In this document: one piece after another, positions 25,383 through 28,210 of the stretch
How the letters are laid out: every line of letters starts with the position of its first letter
Position numbering within the stretch: position 1 is the first letter of the stretch
DNA from: Chthoniobacteraceae bacterium
Lineage (GTDB): Bacteria > Verrucomicrobiota > Verrucomicrobiia > Chthoniobacterales > Chthoniobacteraceae
Length of the DNA: 28,210 nucleotides
Assembly (NCBI GenBank): GCA_031409655.1
Contig: JANNXQ010000140.1
Coordinates: 1 to 28,210 of the forward strand
Reading direction: 5' to 3'
The notes under the pieces: model-generated
What the model was told of the DNA's origin: nothing
What the model saw: only the letters and a program-made list of their open reading frames with translations
The model's database searches: none
Made by a program: the position numbers and the translations under genes

Positions 25383-25679
25383 ATGAATGCCAAACGCAAG
25401 CGGCACGAAGCCGCATTCAAAGCCCAGGTCGCCCCCGAAGCGCTTAAGGGAGTCAAAACCATCCAGCAAATCGCCAGCGAATATGGGGTGCATCCGGTCC
25501 AGGTCTCGGACTGGAAGAAAACCCTGCAGGAACGCATGGCGGGCGTGTTCGACAGAAACGCCCAGGCGGGAGCTCCGGAGGGCTTCGAGCAGGAGCGCGA
25601 CGAGCTGCATGCAAAGATCGGGGAACTGACCATCAAAGTGGATTTCCTGACAAAAAACTCCAAACAACTCGGCCGATGA
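25383..25679 (+). CDS. IS3 transposase OrfA (HTH)
   Basis: KRHEAAFKAQVA...IASEYGVHPVQVSDWKK...LHAKIGEL. Confidence 0.92.
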   Translation: MNAKRKRHEAAFKAQVAPEALKGVKTIQQIASEYGVHPVQVSDWKKTLQERMAGVFDRNAQAGAPEGFEQERDELHAKIGELTIKVDFLTKNSKQLGR

Positions 25680-26548
25680 GCGGGCGTGCCGAGTTGGTCG
25701 AAAAAGGACATCCGCAACTGAGTGTGAGGGAGCAATGCCGGATGCTGGACATCGCGCGTTCGACGCTCGAATACCAGCCGGTGCCCGAGAACGCGGAGGA
25801 TCGAAAGATCAAGCGGCTCATGGACGAGATCTACCTGCGCGATGCCTGCCTGGGGACGCGCCGGCTGGTGACGGTGCTGGAACGCGACCACGGGCTGGTG
25901 GTGAATCGAAAGCGGCTGCAGCGGCTGCGGCGCGAGATGGGCCTGGAGACGATCTATTGCCGCCCCCGCACGAGCGTGCCGGACCGCAAGCACGTCAAAT
26001 ATTCCTACCTGCTGCGCGAGCTGGTCATCACCCGCCTGAACCAGGTCTGGTGCGCGGACATCACCTACGTGCCGATGCCGTACGGCCACGCGTTCCTGTG
26101 CGCGGTGATGGACTGGCATTCGCGCAAAGTGCTCGGCTGGGCGTTGAGCAACACCATGGACGTGGCGCTCGTGGTGGAGGCGTTCACGCAGGCCGCGGGC
26201 GACGGCCGCGTGTTACCCGAAATCATGAACACCGACCAAGGCAGCCAGTTCACGGCGGTGGAATGGGTCGGGGAACTCAAGGGGCGCTCGATTGCCATCA
26301 GCATGGACGGCAAGGGGCGGTGGATGGACAACGTGTTCATCGAGCGGCTGTGGCGGAGCGTCAAATACGAGGAAATCTACCTGCGCGAATACGCGACCAT
26401 CACCGCGCTGGAGGCGGGGCTGCGGCGGTGGTTCGAACAATACAACCACTGGCGACCCAAAGCCTCGCTCGGCGGAGAAACCCCGGCGCAAGTGCACGGG
26501 AAAAAGCCGGCCGCCGAGAGCGCGGTGCCCTTAAAAACCGCGGCATGA
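25676..26548 (+). CDS. IS3 transposase OrfB (DDE integrase core)
   Basis: WCADITY, NTDQGSQF and DNVFIERLWRSVKYE motifs; ATGA overlap with orfA. Confidence 0.95.
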   Translation: MSGRAELVEKGHPQLSVREQCRMLDIARSTLEYQPVPENAEDRKIKRLMDEIYLRDACLGTRRLVTVLERDHGLVVNRKRLQRLRREMGLETIYCRPRTSVPDRKHVKYSYLLRELVITRLNQVWCADITYVPMPYGHAFLCAVMDWHSRKVLGWALSNTMDVALVVEAFTQAAGDGRVLPEIMNTDQGSQFTAVEWVGELKGRSIAISMDGKGRWMDNVFIERLWRSVKYEEIYLREYATITALEAGLRRWFEQYNHWRPKASLGGETPAQVHGKKPAAESAVPLKTAA

Positions 26549-26846
26549 ACCCGACCCCGACCGCCAACCCAAACGAGGCAGGGAGGGATTTCGCATCCGA
26601 TGTTTTGCTCCTCCACTCCGGAGCAAAACATCGGAGCTCCCTCGGCAGAACTACCCACCAAGCAATTCCCGCATTGACTCCAATGTCCGAATCATCCACC
26701 ACTCTCACGCGCCACTCCGCCATAGCTTAATTTCCATCAACCGTGGCCAGATTTCGGGGTCCACCCCAGTTGTTCCTTGAGTATGAGCGCGACTTTTTTA
26801 AGTTTTTCGCAAAGGCTGAGCCGGACCCCTAATACCATTGGGTTAA

Positions 26847-27940
26847 GGGGACCTCTTAAAACTCATTTTTTAACCTAGTGTAAGATGCAAGAATAGATAG
26901 CTTTGTGCTTGTTACTTGTGGCTGAATAGACGTAAAACTCACTCGTAATGAGTAAGTATATTCAAGCCAACGAATGCGGCCTTTCCGACAAAGCCATGAG
27001 ACTCGGGGAATTGCCCCAGATGGGGGATCCGCTCGCGCGCCTGGATGAGGTCATTGACTGGACGCTTTTTGCGCCGGTTCTGGAACGCCTTCCCAAGGTC
27101 GAGCCCAAAGGGTTGGGTGGAAGGCCTCCCTTTGCACCTTTGTTGATGTTCAATGCCATGATCATCCAGAACATCTACCAACTCAGCGACCAGCAACTCG
27201 AGTTTCAAACTACCGATCGCTTGAGCTTCAAGCGCTTTCTTCGTTCCACCGACGCCGACAAGTCTCCAGACGAAAAGACCTTTTGGGCTTTCCGCGAAAC
27301 GCTCACCAAGCATGACTTGTTCGAGCCCCTCTTTGTGATCTTCCACGCCGCGCTCGAGGCCAAAGGGATGTTTGCCCGCAAAGGCCAGATGGTGGGCGCC
27401 ACTTTTGTCGAAGTTCCACGGCAGCGCAACTCCCGCGAAGAGAACGCCCAGATCAAGGCCGGGGCAGTGCCCGCAGCGTGGGCGGACCACCCGGCGAAGG
27501 CCCAGCAGAAAGATGTGGACGCCCGCTGGACCAAGAAGAACGGGGAGCGATACTCGTGAGCTACAAGAATCATGTCAAAGTCGATAGCCGGAGCAAACTG
27601 ATCGAAGACTTCACGGTGACGGCCGCCTCGCTGCATGACAGCAATGCCCTCGACGAACTGATCGCGGAGGGAGATCCCACGACCTATGTGGACAGCGCCT
27701 ATACCGGAGCAAGGTGTGAGCGGATTTTCGCGGAGAAGAAAGTGCCGGCAAAACCCATTGCACGAGCTTACCGGAACAAACCTCTGAATGGGAACCAGAA
27801 GAAAAAAACCACGCGCGGTCGAAGATTCGAGTCCGAGTGGAACATGTCTTCGCGACTATGCGGATAAGCATGCGAGCTGCGTGGAACCGCTGTGTGGGTC
27901 TCACTCGAAACCGGGCGATGATCTCCCTGATGAATCTAGT
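26847..27940 (+). mobile_element. IS5-family element, degenerate and interrupted
   Basis: Left end GGGGACCTCTTAAAAC follows TTAA. A transposase remnant follows and no right end is seen before 27941. Confidence 0.85.
26948..27940 (+). pseudogene. IS5 transposase pseudogene
   Basis: GGRPPF, LSD, DVDARWTKK, YKNHVKVD, DSAY and RVRVEHVF motifs are spread over successive frames, with shifts near 27551-27560 and in the A7 run 27802-27808. It is cut after SLMNL. Confidence 0.9.
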
Positions 27941-28210
27941 GGGCACCTCTAAAAACCCTCCTTATGAAGCAAGCATCAGTTACAAAAAGGTGAATTGAGT
28001 TTGCTTCCCGAAGGTCCCTGGATGTGATGGGATACTGGGACGATGTCCAAGTATCTCCGACCCAATGAAAGCGGGCTTTTTGACAAGGCCATGCGACTGG
28101 AAGAACTGCATGCCATGGGTGACCCGCTGGCACGTCTGGATGAGGTCATTGACTGGAGCCTCTTCGGCGTGGTTTTCGAGCGCCTCCCAAAGGCCGAACC
28201 CAAAGGATTG
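27941..28210 (+). mobile_element. Left part of a second, related IS5-family element
   Basis: Left end GGGCACCTCTAAAAAC matches the end at 26847 at 14/16 positions. Confidence 0.88.
28043..28210 (+). CDS. IS5 transposase, N-terminal part (runs off the window)
   Basis: MSKYLRPNESGLFDKAMRLEELHAMGDPLARLDEVIDWSLF... is clearly paralogous to the 26948 ORF. Confidence 0.9.
   Translation, partial: MSKYLRPNESGLFDKAMRLEELHAMGDPLARLDEVIDWSLFGVVFERLPKAEPKGL

Larger units (their letters stand above)
25295..26768 (+). mobile_element. IS3-family element, apparently intact
   Basis: IRL TGAGGTGGACCCCGAAA and IRR TTTCGGGGTCCACCCCA enclose orfA and orfB. Confidence 0.93.

Overview
This is a GC-rich bacterial chromosomal window. 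Gene content and sequence style suggest Verrucomicrobiota (inference). It has three zones. (1) 1-4000 is an accessory hotspot: the right end of an IS3 element abutting a large REP-like palindrome, and two similarly built minus-strand modules (small hypothetical gene + GC-rich tract + imperfect palindrome; the first tract is a 12 x 21-bp degenerate array). It also holds an integrase-less integron-type gene cassette whose attC is interrupted by the 3' end (DV-DVI) of a group IIC intron, a second REP-like element, and a MazF/PemK toxin-antitoxin pair with a frameshifted toxin. (2) 4000-15100 is ordinary core: SGNH-like protein, Tat-signal polysaccharide pyruvyltransferase-like protein, hybrid histidine kinase, TMEM14 protein, mnmA, SprT-like metalloprotease, lpxD-skp-bamA. 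(3) 15100-28210 is an exosortase/exopolysaccharide locus: exosortase, a WcaI-like glycosyltransferase split near its 3' end by a ~195-bp insert, an O-antigen ligase-like protein, a large multidomain membrane protein and a SAM methyltransferase. It becomes AT-richer and carries two IS3 elements and two nested IS5 elements. No tRNA, rRNA or CRISPR array was seen.
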